DNA from: Nitrospirota bacterium
GTDB lineage: Bacteria; Nitrospirota; UBA9217
Assembly (NCBI GenBank): GCA_963840455.1
Contig: CAWIYV010000004.1
Coordinates: forward strand, 32,001 to 96,000
Length of the DNA: 64,000 bases
Reading direction: 5' to 3'
Positions 28,140 through 39,136 of the stretch are shown piece after piece. Position numbers and translations under genes: made by a program. The notes beneath the pieces were generated by a model. It worked only from the letters and a program-made list of their open reading frames with translations, was not told where the DNA came from and searched no databases. Every line of letters begins with the position of its first letter. Position 1 is the first letter of the stretch.

Positions 28140-31100
28140 CGCTGTTGATACTCCTGAATGGATCGTACCTGGATCTGTTTCGCCTTGAGGGCCTCGATGC
28201 CGCGCACCGCCGCCTTGGCGGCGGACATGGTCGTAAAATACGGGATGCCCTGCGTCAGGGTCGTACGCCGTATCGAGTAGGAGTCCTTCTGGGACTCCGC
28301 TCCGTACACCGTGTTGATCACCAGGTCAACCTGCCGGTCCTTGATGCTGTCGACGATGTGAGGACGGCCTTCGAACACCTTGTTCACCGTCTCGACGGCG
28401 ACGCCGCGCTTGGTGAGGTACTCGGCCGTTCCGCGCGTGGCAACCAGCGAGAAGCCGGCCCTCTCGAGGCCCGAGGCGACCTCATAGGCCGCTGGTTTGT
28501 CCTTGTCCTTCACGCTGATGAAGACCCTGCCCGAGGTCGGCATGGGGTTCCCCGCCGCGATCTGGGACTTGGCGAAGGACATGCCGAAGTCCGTGTCGAT
28601 GCCCATCACCTCGCCGGTGGATTTCATCTCCGGGCCGAGCAGTGTGTCCACACCCGGGAACTTGGCGAAGGGAAAGACCGCTTCCTTCACCGCCACATGC
28701 TTGATGTTCACGCTCTCCGTGAACCCGATCTCGGCCAGCGTCTTTCCCGCCATGACCCGTGCCGCGAGCTTCGCAAGCGGCACCCCGATGGCCTTGCTCA
28801 CGAAGGGCACGGTCCGGGAGGCCCGGGGGTTGACTTCCAGGACGTAGATGAGGCGGTCCTTTACTGCAAACTGGATGTTCATGAGCCCGACGACCTTCAG
28901 GTCCAGCGCGAGCGCTGTCGTCTGCCGGGCGATCTCCGCGATGATGTCCTTCGGCAGGGAGAAGGGCGGAAGCGAGCAGGCAGAGTCGCCCGAATGCACC
29001 CCGGCCTCCTCGATGTGCTCCATGATGCCGGCGACCACGACGGTTGTGCCGTCCGAGATCGCATCCACGTCGATCTCCACGGCATCCTCGAGGTAGCGGT
29101 CGACCAGCACCGGACGGTCCGGCGAGGCCTTCACCGCCCGGGTCATGTAGTTCCTGATGCTCTCCTCGTCGTAGACGATCTCCATGGCCCGGCCGCCGAG
29201 CACATAGGACGGCCGCACCATGACCGGGTAACCGATGCTGTTCGCGGCGTCCACGGCCTCATCGCACGAAACCGCCGTGCCGCTCTCGGCCTGGCGCAGG
29301 CCCAGCCGGTCCAGGAGCTCCTTGAACCGCTTCCGGTCCTCGGCACGGTCGATGCTGTCAGGCGACGTGCCCAGGATGCGCACGCCGAGCCGTTCCAGCG
29401 GCACCGCGAGCTTGAGCGGTGTCTGGCCGCCGAACTGAACGATGACGCCCATGGGCTTCTCGCGCTTTATAATATGGTAAACATCCTCGAGAGTCAAGGG
29501 TTCGAAGTACAGGCGGTCCGAGGTATCGTAGTCCGTGCTCACGGTCTCGGGGTTGCAGTTCACCATGATGGTCTCGTACCCGTCGTCCTTGAGGGCGAAG
29601 GCCGCGTGCACACAGCAATAGTCGAACTCGATGCCCTGGCCGATGCGATTCGGCCCGCCTCCCAGGATGATGACCTTCTTCCGGTCCGTAGGCTCCGCCT
29701 CGCACTCGGCCGTTCCCTGCCCCTGCTGTTCCTGGCTCCCGGCCCCTGGACCTGGGACCCTGAAGAACGGCTTCTCATAGGTCGAATACAAATACGGAGT
29801 GTGCGCAACGAACTCGGCGGCGCAGGTGTCCACCTTCTTGAACACCGGAATGATGCCCATCTCCGTCCGGGCCTTGCGGACAGCGTCCTCGGTGGCGGTG
29901 ATCAGCTTCGCGATCCGCCGATCTGAGAAGCCATACTCCTTGGCCATGCGGAGCGGATGATCGAGCGCGGGGATGCCGTTCGAGAGTATGCTCGCCCCGT
30001 TCTTTTTGATCTCCATTTCCCTATCAGTGATCTGTTTGATCTGGTGCAGGAACCAGGGGTCGATCTTCGAGAGGTTGAATATCTCGTCCACGGTCATTCC
30101 GGCGCGGAACCCGTCGGCAATGTACCAGAGCCGTTCCCAGTTCGGCACACTGATCTTTTGCCGGATGTCTGCGATCCCGTGCTCGATGTCGCCGTCGCGT
30201 TCGCGACGCGATTCGAGGCCGTAACGGTCGATCTCGAGGGAGCGGAGCGCCTTCTGGAGGGACTCCTTGAAGGTCCTGCCGATGGACATGGCCTCGCCCA
30301 CGGACTTCATCTGCGTGGTCAGCGTGGCATCGGCCTGGGGGAACTTCTCGAAGGCGAAGCGGGGAAACTTCGTTACCACGTAGTCGATGGTCGGCTCGAA
30401 GGACGCAGGCGTGGCCTTGGTGATGTCGTTCAGGATCTCGTCGAGCGTGTACCCGACGGCGAGCTTGGCCGCGAACTTGGCGATCGGGAAGCCCGTGGCC
30501 TTGGAGGCCAGCGCGGAGCTCCGGGAAACGCGGGGGTTCATCTCGATCACGATCATCCTTCCGTTCTTCGGATCGACGGCGAACTGGATGTTCGACCCAC
30601 CCGTATCCACACCGATCTCCCGGATGATCTTCAGCGACGCGTCGCGCATGATCTGGTACTCTTTGTCGGTCAGCGTCTGGGCCGGCGCCACGGTTATGCT
30701 GTCTCCGGTATGGATGCCCATGGGGTCGAGGTTCTCGATGGAGCAGACGATCACCACGTTGTCCTTGGCGTCGCGCATCACCTCGAGCTCGTACTCCTTC
30801 CAGCCGACCACGGATTCCTCGACCAGCACCTGGCGGACCGGGCTCGCGTCCAGTCCGCGGTTGATCAGTTCGGTGAACTCTTCCCGATTATAGGCGATGC
30901 CGCCTCCCGTGCCGCCGAGGGTGAAGGCAGGCCGGAGGATGGTCGGGAAGCCGACCTGTTCGAGGATCTCATAGGCCGTCTCCATGCTTGTGGCGAAACC
31001 GCTCTTGGGCACCAAAAGTCCGATGGCCTCCATGGCCGTCTTGAAGAGCTCGCGGTCCTCGGCCTTCTTGATGGCAGGGAGCTTGGCGCCGATGAGCTCG

Positions 31101-31438
31101 ACCTTGTATTTCTCCAGCACGCCGGTCTCGGCAAGCGCGACCGCAGTGTTCAGTGCGGTCTGGCCGCCCATGGTCGGCAGCAATGCGTCGGGCCGCTCGC
31201 GTTCGATGATCTTCTCGACGACGGCGGGAGTGATGGGCTCGATATACGTGCGGTGCGCCATCTCCGGATCTGTCATGATCGTGGCCGGGTTCGAGTTTAC
31301 CAGGACGATCTCGTAGCCCTCTTCCTTCAGCGCCTTGCAGGCCTGCACGCCTGAATAGTCGAACTCGCAGGCCTGGCCGATCACGATCGGCCCTGCGCCG
31401 ATGATCAGGATCTTTTTGATGTCGGTTCGTTTCGGCAT
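28136..31438 (-). CDS. carB: Carbamoyl-phosphate synthase large subunit
   Basis: [17 protein letters not shown], two ATP-grasp halves, MGS domain. Confidence 0.98.
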   Translation of the reverse strand: MPKRTDIKKILIIGAGPIVIGQACEFDYSGVQACKALKEEGYEIVLVNSNPATIMTDPEMAHRTYIEPITPAVVEKIIERERPDALLPTMGGQTALNTAVALAETGVLEKYKVELIGAKLPAIKKAEDRELFKTAMEAIGLLVPKSGFATSMETAYEILEQVGFPTILRPAFTLGGTGGGIAYNREEFTELINRGLDASPVRQVLVEESVVGWKEYELEVMRDAKDNVVIVCSIENLDPMGIHTGDSITVAPAQTLTDKEYQIMRDASLKIIREIGVDTGGSNIQFAVDPKNGRMIVIEMNPRVSRSSALASKATGFPIAKFAAKLAVGYTLDEILNDITKATPASFEPTIDYVVTKFPRFAFEKFPQADATLTTQMKSVGEAMSIGRTFKESLQKALRSLEIDRYGLESRRERDGDIEHGIADIRQKISVPNWERLWYIADGFRAGMTVDEIFNLSKIDPWFLHQIKQITDREMEIKKNGASILSNGIPALDHPLRMAKEYGFSDRRIAKLITATEDAVRKARTEMGIIPVFKKVDTCAAEFVAHTPYLYSTYEKPFFRVPGPGAGSQEQQGQGTAECEAEPTDRKKVIILGGGPNRIGQGIEFDYCCVHAAFALKDDGYETIMVNCNPETVSTDYDTSDRLYFEPLTLEDVYHIIKREKPMGVIVQFGGQTPLKLAVPLERLGVRILGTSPDSIDRAEDRKRFKELLDRLGLRQAESGTAVSCDEAVDAANSIGYPVMVRPSYVLGGRAMEIVYDEESIRNYMTRAVKASPDRPVLVDRYLEDAVEIDVDAISDGTTVVVAGIMEHIEEAGVHSGDSACSLPPFSLPKDIIAEIARQTTALALDLKVVGLMNIQFAVKDRLIYVLEVNPRASRTVPFVSKAIGVPLAKLAARVMAGKTLAEIGFTESVNIKHVAVKEAVFPFAKFPGVDTLLGPEMKSTGEVMGIDTDFGMSFAKSQIAAGNPMPTSGRVFISVKDKDKPAAYEVASGLERAGFSLVATRGTAEYLTKRGVAVETVNKVFEGRPHIVDSIKDRQVDLVINTVYGAESQKDSYSIRRTTLTQGIPYFTTMSAAKAAVRGIEALKAKQIQVRSIQEYQQR

Positions 31439-31474
31439 TCACATACCTCACAAAAAAAATTCTAAACCTTTTTT

Positions 31475-31560
31475 AACGCAGAGGACGCCGAGTACGCGGA
31501 GAAGTGCCATGCCAATTCAAGGCTGTTCTTACCTCTGCGACCTCCGCGATCTCTGCGGTG
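31475..31560. repeat. 9-mer long inverted-repeat element
   Basis: AACGCAGAG GACGCCGAG TACGCGGAG ... CTCTGCGAC CTCCGCGAT CTCTGCGGT. Confidence 0.8.
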
Positions 31561-31568
31561 AAATTTAA

Positions 31569-32474
31569 TCACTCGAAGTTCTGCACCCAGCCGTTCTTCA
31601 ATCCATACTTCATCTTGATGTCGTAGGCCTCGTCGTATTCTTGTTCACTGATCCGGCGGTTGATCTCGGGATGTTCCGCGGACTTGAACGCCGGAAAGTA
31701 CTGCGACATGAGGCTGATGTACACATCTGCGGAGATCTCCGTTGCCAGGAATTTCATCACGGCTTCGGTCCCTGCCACACCATGGGGAAGCACCAGGTGC
31801 CTGACCAGGAGTCCGCGCTGCGCGATCCCGTGCTCATCCATGACCAGATTCCCTACCTGCCGGTACATCTCCTTGACCGCTGCCCGGTTCACCTCGACAT
31901 AGTGCGGGGCCACGGAGTATCGCACGGCGGCCGCATTATCAGAGTACCGCATGTCCGGCATGTAGATATCCACGATGCCGTCGAGCAGCTTGAGCATCTC
32001 CACGGAATCGTATCCGCTCGTGTTGTACACGATGGGCAGGTCGAAGCCCCGCTCCCGCGCGATGCCCACCGCCTTCAGGATCTGGGGGACATAGTGCGTC
32101 GGGGTCACAAGGTTCAGGTTGTGGCAGCCCTGCTCCTGCATCCAGAGCATCTGGCAGGCCAGTTCCCCCGGCGTCCGCTCGGTGCCGTGTCCCATCTGGC
32201 TGATGGGATAGTTCTGGCAGTAGATGCAGCGGAGATTGCAGTTCGTGAAAAAGATCGTGCCCGAGCCTTTGATGCCCGAGAGCGGCGGTTCCTCGCCGTG
32301 GTGCGGGCTGACGCTCGCGATGGCCGGGTTGAGCCCCGAGCGGCAGAAGCCCAGCCTGCTGTCCTCGAGCCGGTTCACCCCGCACTCCCGGGGGCAGACA
32401 GTGCATTCCTCGAGATGACGGTACGCCGCCTCGATCCGAAGTTCCAGTTCTTCTTTTGAGATAACAACTGCCAC
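31569..32474 (-). CDS. Radical SAM protein, PflX-like
   Basis: CTVCPRECGVNR, CNLRCIYCQN, GEEPPLSG, RHLVLP; GTG start at 32474 assumed. Confidence 0.88.
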   Translation of the reverse strand: MAVVISKEELELRIEAAYRHLEECTVCPRECGVNRLEDSRLGFCRSGLNPAIASVSPHHGEEPPLSGIKGSGTIFFTNCNLRCIYCQNYPISQMGHGTERTPGELACQMLWMQEQGCHNLNLVTPTHYVPQILKAVGIARERGFDLPIVYNTSGYDSVEMLKLLDGIVDIYMPDMRYSDNAAAVRYSVAPHYVEVNRAAVKEMYRQVGNLVMDEHGIAQRGLLVRHLVLPHGVAGTEAVMKFLATEISADVYISLMSQYFPAFKSAEHPEINRRISEQEYDEAYDIKMKYGLKNGWVQNFE

Positions 32475-32491
32475 GGCCGAGCCTTCTTCAG

Positions 32492-32566
32492 CCACCGAGG
32501 TCACCGGGGTCACCGAGAAATTCAACGCGAGTGATTTTCTCTGTGTCCTCTGAGCGCTCTCTGCGG
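32492..32566. repeat. 9-mer long inverted-repeat element
   Basis: CACCGAGGT CACCGGGGT CACCGAG ... CTCTGTGTC CTCTGAGCG CTCTCTGCGG. Confidence 0.7.
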
Positions 32567-32576
32567 CAAGGAGAAT

Positions 32577-33695
32577 TTATTTATGTTTTTCCATCATGTC
32601 CACAAAACGCTGGAACAGGTACCTGCTGTCGTGCGGTCCCGGCGACGACTCGGGGTGGTACTGGACGGAGAAGGCCGGCAGGGTCTTGTGCTGGATGCCC
32701 TCGCACGTCCTGTCGTTCAGGTTCATGTGGGTCATCTCCACGTGTTCCTTCACCGACTCCATGTCCACGGCGAAGCCATGGTTCTCGGCTGCGATCTCGA
32801 CCTTGCGCGTCGTCAGGTCCATGATCGGCTGATTCCCGCCGCGGTGGCCGAACTTGAGCTTGTAGGTCCTCCCGCCGAGCGCCAGGCCCAGGAGCTGCTG
32901 GCCCAGGCAGATGCCGAAGATCGGTTTCTTGCCGAGGATCTTCTTGATGTTCTCGATGGCATAGGTCACCGGCTCAGGATCTCCCGGACCATTCGAGAGA
33001 AACACCCCGTCTGGCTGCATGGCGAGCACCTCTTCCGCCGGCATGGTGGCAGGCACTACGGTGACATCGCAGCCCGCGCTCGTGAGCAGCCGCAGGATGT
33101 TCCGCTTGATGCCATAGTCGTAGGCCACGACCTTGTACCGCGACAGGGACTTCTTTCCGTAGCCGGTCTCGAGATCCCAGATGCCTTCGTCCCAGGCGTA
33201 AGGTTTTTTGCATGTAACGTCCTTTGCAAGGTCGAGTCCGTTCATCTTCGGCAGTTTCTTTGCTTTGGCGAATAAGCTCCCCGGGTCCAGGTCCTTCGTC
33301 GAGATGATCCCTGGCTGGGCGCCCACGTCGCGGATATGGCGCGTCAGTGCCCGCGTGTCGATGCCCTGGATTCCTGCGATCTGATGCGCCTTCAGATAGG
33401 CGTCGAGCGATCGCTTCATCCGCCAGTTGCTCGGGAAGTCCAGGTACTCCTTCACGATGAACCCTTCCACCTGTGGTTTCCCGGACTCCACGTCCTCGTC
33501 GTTCGTGCCATAGTTCCCGATCTGGGGATAGGTCATGGTGACGATCTGGCCCTTGTACGACGGGTCCGTCAGGATCTCCTGGTATCCCGTCATGCTGGTG
33601 TTGAAGACCACCTCGCCCGTGGCCTCGCCTTCCGCCCCGAAGGAGGAGCCTTCGAACACCATGCCGTCTGCCAATGCAAGGATCGCTTTTTTCAT
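32577..33695 (-). CDS. carA: Carbamoyl-phosphate synthase small subunit
   Basis: [31 protein letters not shown]. Confidence 0.97.
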   Translation of the reverse strand: MKKAILALADGMVFEGSSFGAEGEATGEVVFNTSMTGYQEILTDPSYKGQIVTMTYPQIGNYGTNDEDVESGKPQVEGFIVKEYLDFPSNWRMKRSLDAYLKAHQIAGIQGIDTRALTRHIRDVGAQPGIISTKDLDPGSLFAKAKKLPKMNGLDLAKDVTCKKPYAWDEGIWDLETGYGKKSLSRYKVVAYDYGIKRNILRLLTSAGCDVTVVPATMPAEEVLAMQPDGVFLSNGPGDPEPVTYAIENIKKILGKKPIFGICLGQQLLGLALGGRTYKLKFGHRGGNQPIMDLTTRKVEIAAENHGFAVDMESVKEHVEMTHMNLNDRTCEGIQHKTLPAFSVQYHPESSPGPHDSRYLFQRFVDMMEKHK

Positions 33696-33714
33696 ATTCC
33701 ACCTTCCCGCCTAC

Positions 33715-33755
33715 CCCCCTGTCATCCCCCTTGGCAAGGGGGGAACGAGGGGGGT
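33715..33755. repeat. C/G-tract REP-like palindrome
   Basis: CCCCCT..TCCCCCTTGGCAAGGGGGGA..AGGGGGG. Confidence 0.55.
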
Positions 33756-33792
33756 GCAATCCGCAATCATTTTATATTGATAAACTTATTTT

Positions 33793-33879
33793 ACCGCTGA
33801 GCTCGCGGAGAACGCAGAGTTAATTCGTTATCTTGAATCAAGAATATATTTCTCAGCGCCCTCTGCGTCCTCTGCGGTG
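33793..33879. repeat. 9-mer long inverted-repeat element
   Basis: ACCGCTGAG CTCGCGGAG AACGCAGAG ... CTCAGCGCC CTCTGCGTC CTCTGCGGT. Confidence 0.8.
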
Positions 33880-33885
33880 AAAGAA

Positions 33886-34782
33886 CTAGAATCTGTCTCG
33901 TATCTTGCCGTTCACATCCACTACTTCTCCGCTCACCTTTTCGCCGTCAACTGTCACATATACATAATGATGGAATCCGCCGTCCTCGTCCTTCGCGTAC
34001 AGCGGCGCTCCCCCGCCTCCGGCGATGATGTGGGGGATCCCGTCCACTGTTTTCCTGAGATACAGGTGCTCATGCCCCGCGAATACGGCCGTGACCTGGT
34101 GTTTCACAAAGAGCGCCTGCAGCCGGTCCCGGTCCTCTTTGTACCGGTCGAGGCTGTTCCCGTGATGCTTCCCTTTTCCCTTCTCGGGATAGAGCGGGTG
34201 ATGGACAAAGACGAATGTATGCTTCTGCTTCGATGCGGCCAGGACCTGCTCCAGCCATTTGAACTGTTCGCCGGTGATCCGTTTATCCTCTCCCTTGATA
34301 TAGGAATCGAGCACAACGAACAGCGAGTTCCCCCCGACGAAAGAGTAGTAGAGCTCGTTCCCGGGCAGGTCCACCTGCGCCTTGTAGATATCCTCGCTCC
34401 CCGCGACCTCCCCATGGATGTCATGGTTCCCCACCGTCAGGAAATAGGGAACAGCCACGCTCTTCGACAACTCCCAGAACCGCTTCCAGTGTTCGATATT
34501 GCCCGGCTTGTCGATCTGGTCGCCGGTATTTACGATGAAGGCCGGCTTTCGTTCAAGCGCCGCAGCAAGCACCTTTTGATAGACCGCATCGCATGCCGGG
34601 TCGCCCGCGCGGTTGTCACCGAACACGACAAAGGAGAACTTCGAAGAAAGCTTCTCATGCGAGGCGAGCTTCTGCTGAAGCAGCTGATCCTGTGCCGCAA
34701 TGCCATTCGTGATCGTTGCAAAAAAGATCAGAAGCGGTAGTAACGGTTTTATAATCCGCAATCCACGATCCGAAATCCGCAA
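33886..34782 (-). CDS. Exported calcineurin-like metallophosphoesterase
   Basis: GDNR, TGD, GNHD, HHP, GHEH; signal-like N-terminus. Confidence 0.9.
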   Translation of the reverse strand: MRISDRGLRIIKPLLPLLIFFATITNGIAAQDQLLQQKLASHEKLSSKFSFVVFGDNRAGDPACDAVYQKVLAAALERKPAFIVNTGDQIDKPGNIEHWKRFWELSKSVAVPYFLTVGNHDIHGEVAGSEDIYKAQVDLPGNELYYSFVGGNSLFVVLDSYIKGEDKRITGEQFKWLEQVLAASKQKHTFVFVHHPLYPEKGKGKHHGNSLDRYKEDRDRLQALFVKHQVTAVFAGHEHLYLRKTVDGIPHIIAGGGGAPLYAKDEDGGFHHYVYVTVDGEKVSGEVVDVNGKIRDRF

Positions 34783-36048
34783 TTAGATTCTTCCTTCCAC
34801 AATCGTCCGCACGGCCTTCCCCTTCAATTTCCAGCCGTCGAACGGCGTGTTCTTCGACTTCGACAGGAACTGCGAAGCATTCACGGTCCAGTCCAGGTCC
34901 GGGTCGATGATGGTGATGTCCGCTTCGGCTCCGACCGACAACATCCCGCCGCCGCTCTTGATGATCCGTGCAGGCGTCGTGCTCATACGGGTTATGAGGT
35001 CTGCCATCGAAAGGATGCCCTCCTGCACCAGTTTGAACGACAACCCGACGCTTGTCTCGAGCCCCACGATACCGAAGGGCGCGGCGTCGAACTCCACCGA
35101 CTTCTCGTCCAGGGCGTGGGGCGCGTGGTCCGTGGCGATCACGTCGAGCGTTCCGTCCTTGAGACCCTGCCTGATCGCCGCCACGTCATCGGCGGTCCGG
35201 AGCGGCGGGTTCATCTTTGCCATGGTATGGTACCCTCTCACTGCCTCGTCGGTGAGCGTAAAATAGTGCGGGCATGTCTCTGCGGTCACCTTGACGCCGC
35301 GCTGCTTTGCCTCGCGGATCATCCGGACGGAGCCTGCTGTGCTCACATGGCAGATATGGAGCCTCGCGCCGGTCAGTTCGGCAAGCTCGATGTCCCGGGC
35401 CGTCATCACGTCCTCGGCCGCGTTCGGAATGCCCCGGAGGCCGAGCTCCGTGGACACGAACCCTTCGTTCATAACGCCCTGTGCCGCGAGGCTTGCGTCC
35501 TCACAGTGCGAAATGACCGCGATGTCGAATATCGTAGAATATTCCATGGCTCGGCGCATGACCGCTGCCCTCATGACCGGTTTGCCGTCGTCGGAGATGC
35601 CTTTGCAGCCAGCCTCGTGCAGCTCGCCCATTTCGGCGAGTTCCTCGCCCTTTGAGCCTTTGGTGATGGCCCCGATGGGAAAGACCCGCGCCAAGGCCTT
35701 ACTCGCCGCCTGGGAGAGGATGAACTCCGTCACCGACCGGGAATCGTTCACCGGGTTCGTGTTCGGCATGCAGCAGACCGCCGTGAACCCGCCCGCCTTT
35801 GCCGCGGCAGTTCCGGTGGCAATGGTCTCCTTGTATTCGTATCCCGGCTCGCGAAGGTGGACGTGCATGTCGATCAAGCCCGGGACCACGAACTTGCCGC
35901 TCGCATCGATGATCTCTGCACCATTCGCTGGGAGTGAGCCCGGTTTGCCGAGCTTCGCGATCTTCCCGTCAGCGATGAGGAGATCGAGCTTCCCCTCCAC
36001 CTTGTTCACGGGATCGATGATGTTGCCGTTCTTGATCAGTATATTCAT
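34783..36048 (-). CDS. pyrC: Dihydroorotase
   Basis: [28 protein letters not shown]. Confidence 0.96.
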   Translation of the reverse strand: MNILIKNGNIIDPVNKVEGKLDLLIADGKIAKLGKPGSLPANGAEIIDASGKFVVPGLIDMHVHLREPGYEYKETIATGTAAAKAGGFTAVCCMPNTNPVNDSRSVTEFILSQAASKALARVFPIGAITKGSKGEELAEMGELHEAGCKGISDDGKPVMRAAVMRRAMEYSTIFDIAVISHCEDASLAAQGVMNEGFVSTELGLRGIPNAAEDVMTARDIELAELTGARLHICHVSTAGSVRMIREAKQRGVKVTAETCPHYFTLTDEAVRGYHTMAKMNPPLRTADDVAAIRQGLKDGTLDVIATDHAPHALDEKSVEFDAAPFGIVGLETSVGLSFKLVQEGILSMADLITRMSTTPARIIKSGGGMLSVGAEADITIIDPDLDWTVNASQFLSKSKNTPFDGWKLKGKAVRTIVEGRI

Positions 36049-36063
36049 AAACACACCTTTTTC

Positions 36064-36148
36064 ACCGCAGAGCACGCAGAGGTCGCAGAGTTTGGACCGT
36101 TAAGATCGGACCTTTCTCTTTCTCAGCGTTCTCAGCGATCTCCGCGGT
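36064..36148. repeat. 9-mer long inverted-repeat element
   Basis: ACCGCAGAG CACGCAGAG GTCGCAGAG ... CTCAGCGTT CTCAGCGAT CTCCGCGGT. Confidence 0.8.
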
Positions 36149-36154
36149 AAATAA

Positions 36155-37084
36155 TTAGTTTTCTGCTTTTGTCCCGCCCGACAGCAGGAACATCACCGCC
36201 ATGCGGACCGCAACGCCGTTCGTCACCTGGTCGAGGATGACCGAATGATGGTCCGCCACGTCGGAAGCGATCTCCACGCCGCGGTTCATGGGACCGGGAT
36301 GCATCACGATAGCGTTCTGTGCCGCCTGCTCAAGCCGCGCCCGGTTGAGGCCGAACAGCCGCGCGTATTCCCGCACGCCGGGAAAGAGCCCCGCGGCCTG
36401 GCGCTCGAGCTGGAGCCTGAGCGTCATGATGACGTCGGCGCCCCTGACCGCTTCGTCCATGTCGTAGAAGACCGGGACCCCCAGCTTCTCGATGCCCCTT
36501 GGAAGCATGGTCGGCGGGCCGCATACGCGGACCTTCGCGCCCATGGTCGTGAGCCCGTAGATGTTCGAACGGGCGACGCGGCTGTGCAGGATGTCTCCCA
36601 CAATGGCCACGGTGACCCCCTCGAGCCTGCCGTGCTTCTCGCGTATGGTGAACATGTCGAGGAGGGCCTGGGTCGGATGCTCGTGGAACCCGTCGCCGGC
36701 GTTGATCACCGAGCTCTTAAGCCGCTGCGCAAGGTACTCGGGCGCACCCGAGCAGGAATGGCGCACGATGATCATGTCGCTCTTCATGGCCTCGATGTTC
36801 CGCGCGGTGTCGAGGAGCGTCTCGCCTTTCACCACGCTGGAGGTCGAGGTCGAGATGTTGATCACATCTGCCGAGAGCCGCTTGCCGGCCAGCTCGAAGG
36901 ACGTCCGGGTCCTCGTGCTCGCCTCGTAGAAGAGGTTGATGACCGTCTTGCCGCGGAGCGCGGGCACCTTCTTGATGTCCCGCTCCGATACGTCCTTGAA
37001 CGTGGCGGCGGTGTCGAGGATGAGCTTGATCTCCTCCGCGGCCATGCCTTTGATCCCGAGCAGGTCCTTTGAGCTGAGCGCCAT
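36155..37084 (-). CDS. pyrB: Aspartate carbamoyltransferase
   Basis: [34 protein letters not shown]. Confidence 0.97.
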   Translation of the reverse strand: MALSSKDLLGIKGMAAEEIKLILDTAATFKDVSERDIKKVPALRGKTVINLFYEASTRTRTSFELAGKRLSADVINISTSTSSVVKGETLLDTARNIEAMKSDMIIVRHSCSGAPEYLAQRLKSSVINAGDGFHEHPTQALLDMFTIREKHGRLEGVTVAIVGDILHSRVARSNIYGLTTMGAKVRVCGPPTMLPRGIEKLGVPVFYDMDEAVRGADVIMTLRLQLERQAAGLFPGVREYARLFGLNRARLEQAAQNAIVMHPGPMNRGVEIASDVADHHSVILDQVTNGVAVRMAVMFLLSGGTKAEN

Positions 37085-37112
37085 GGCTTTCCTCTCACAT
37101 CAACGGCAGTCT

Positions 37113-37196
37113 GCCACAGAGGACACCGAGCACATCATAGGCTGAAGAAAGCCATAAGATCCGATGTCGTTCGGCGACCTCGATGCTCTCTGTGGC
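37113..37196. repeat. 9-mer long inverted-repeat element (degenerate)
   Basis: GCCACAGAG GACACCGAG CAC ... CTCGATGCT CTCTGTGGC. Confidence 0.6.
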
Positions 37197-37236
37197 GAAT
37201 TGCTTCGTTCTTTCCTTCCGCATTCCGAACCCGATG

Positions 37237-37782
37237 CTATTCTTCGAAAATGACGACCTTCTCCTCCACCCCGTCCTCGGCGAGCGTGACCTCGACCTTT
37301 TCCCTGGACGAGGTGGGAAGGTTCTTGCCGACAAAGTCGGCCCGGATCGGAAGCTCGCGGTGGCCGCGGTCAACCAGCACCGCCAGCTGGATGCGCTGCG
37401 GCCTGCCATAGTCCATGATGCTGTTCAGAGCAGCCCGGATGGTCCTGCCCGTGAAGACCACGTCATCCACGAGGACGATGGACCGGTCCTTGATATCAAA
37501 GGTGATGTCCGTAGCCTGGGGCACGGGCTGGGATTTCCGGGTGTTCAGGTCGTCCCGGTACATGGTAATGTCCAGGCTGCCGACCGGCACCTCGACGCCT
37601 TCGATGGCCTTGATCTTATCTGCCAGCCGCTTCGCCAAATGCACACCGCCGCGCTGGATGCCGATGAGGCCGAGGTGCTTTGCGCCTTTATTCTTCTCCA
37701 GGATCTCATGCGCCACCCGGGTGAGCGCCCGGTCAATGGCCGGACGGTCCAGGATCAGGGCTTTCTCTTTTGTTGTGCTCAC
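37237..37782 (-). CDS. pyrR: Pyrimidine operon attenuation regulator / UPRTase
   Basis: [28 protein letters not shown]; GTG start after AAGGAG. Confidence 0.96.
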   Translation of the reverse strand: MSTTKEKALILDRPAIDRALTRVAHEILEKNKGAKHLGLIGIQRGGVHLAKRLADKIKAIEGVEVPVGSLDITMYRDDLNTRKSQPVPQATDITFDIKDRSIVLVDDVVFTGRTIRAALNSIMDYGRPQRIQLAVLVDRGHRELPIRADFVGKNLPTSSREKVEVTLAEDGVEEKVVIFEE

Positions 37783-37803
37783 CGTATTCTCCTTGAAAGG
37801 ACA

Positions 37804-37928
37804 CAAAAAAACCTTCTCCCCCGAACATGGGGAAGAAGGTTGGCGTGTTCGTGATAAGACGTTCTCGTCTCGTTATACTTTTTCATGTCCTGCCCTTTCT
37901 GGCCTCACAGGACCAGACTTAAAGAGGA
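37804..37928 (-). ncRNA. PyrR-binding leader RNA with attenuator terminator
   Basis: CUUUAA..GUCCUGUGAGGC..AAAGG binding loop (37893-37928) and AACCUUCUUCCCC..GGGGGAGAAGGUUUUUUU terminator (37804-37841) upstream of pyrR. Confidence 0.88.
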
Positions 37929-37945
37929 TCGATTGATGCGGCGTT

Positions 37946-37974
37946 ACAATACTCCAACTGCCCGTTCCTGTCAA
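37946..37974 (-). promoter_or_regulatory. Sigma70 promoter of the pyr operon
   Basis: TTGACA-17bp-TATTGT. Confidence 0.75.
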
Positions 37975-38002
37975 GAGCTTTCTGTGGGCGGCGATGCAGG
38001 CC

Positions 38003-38191
38003 TTATGCTTTGGCCGGTGGATCGATCTTCTTCGCCTCCTGCTGTTCCTCGGTGCCCTCGCGCATCCCCTGCTTGAAGCTCTTGATGGCCTTGCCCAGGC
38101 CTTCACCGAGCTGCGGCAGCTTATTCGGGCCGAAGATGATCAGTGCGATCACCAGAATGACCATCATTTCAGGAAATCCCAGTCCGCCCAT
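38003..38191 (-). CDS. tatA: Twin-arginine translocase TatA
   Basis: [38 protein letters not shown]. Confidence 0.93.
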   Translation of the reverse strand: MGGLGFPEMMVILVIALIIFGPNKLPQLGEGLGKAIKSFKQGMREGTEEQQEAKKIDPPAKA

Positions 38192-38569
38192 AAATTTCTC
38201 CTCTCGAAGTTTTTCCCTGAACGTATGAAAAATCTGCGCCGACCATCGTTCACGGCTCTAAGCCCGATCGTCGGAATCCAGCGATCTCGGCACGATGGTG
38301 TCGTCGGTCCTCCGGCAGCGGACATGAGCATCCCACCTGCGGGAATCCCCGGCCTGAGAATAGTACACCTCTTCAAAAACTGCATCAAGGCTTTTTTATG
38401 ACTTCTCTGCAGGCACCGGGCTGGACGCATGACCGATGACCTGCGCACGTGTCTTGCTGGCGTAGCTCCTTGCAACGACGTTGCCACAGGGAATTGCGGC
38501 AGGACTGTATCGTGGGGAGGTGTTGCGCAGAAGCTGCCGATGAACTGCCCACGGAATCCGCCGTGTGCA

Positions 38570-39133
38570 TCAATTCATCTTCTTCAGATTCTGCAACTGG
38601 GCCGTGGCGCGGTCGATGGCCGTTTTTGCCTCCCCGTCGGAGGGATTGAAGACCAGGATCTTTTTCCATATCGCGATAGCCTGTTCAAGGTCCCCAGCCC
38701 GGTATTTCATGATGCCGAGCTCCATCAGCATTTTAGAGCAGGCTCCGATCCGCATGGCGAGATAATCGGCGTCGAAGGAAAGCGCCCTCTGGAGCCGCCG
38801 CTTCCCGAAACCGGATTTCAACAGCGTATGGTAGAGTTCGCCGGCCTTCGCATAGTCTCGTGCCTCATATTCCTTATCGGCCTTTTCTTTGATGCTTTCC
38901 AGCGCCTCCGTGTATGCGTCCAGCAGGTCCTCGTTCCCGGGATGACTGTCAACGGCTGCAGCGTAGATCTCGATTGCCTTTTTGTAGTTTCCTGAAGACA
39001 GGTATGCTTTCGCCTGGTTCACGGTACTGACGTCCTCAGAGCTGGATGGCTGCGGGGGGTGAGCGCAGGATGACGCGAGCGAGACGATGGCACTGAGGAG
39101 AATAGGACAGAGAATGGATTTCGCTTTGAACAT
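38570..39133 (-). CDS. TPR-repeat lipoprotein
   Basis: Lipobox-like LASSC, TPR-like helices. Confidence 0.8.
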   Translation of the reverse strand: MFKAKSILCPILLSAIVSLASSCAHPPQPSSSEDVSTVNQAKAYLSSGNYKKAIEIYAAAVDSHPGNEDLLDAYTEALESIKEKADKEYEARDYAKAGELYHTLLKSGFGKRRLQRALSFDADYLAMRIGACSKMLMELGIMKYRAGDLEQAIAIWKKILVFNPSDGEAKTAIDRATAQLQNLKKMN

Positions 39134-39136
39134 CGG

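Noticed and set aside
38200-38560. Long region upstream of tatA as a possible riboswitch (c-di-GMP genes nearby)
   Set aside because: No GEMM or other riboswitch consensus recognised
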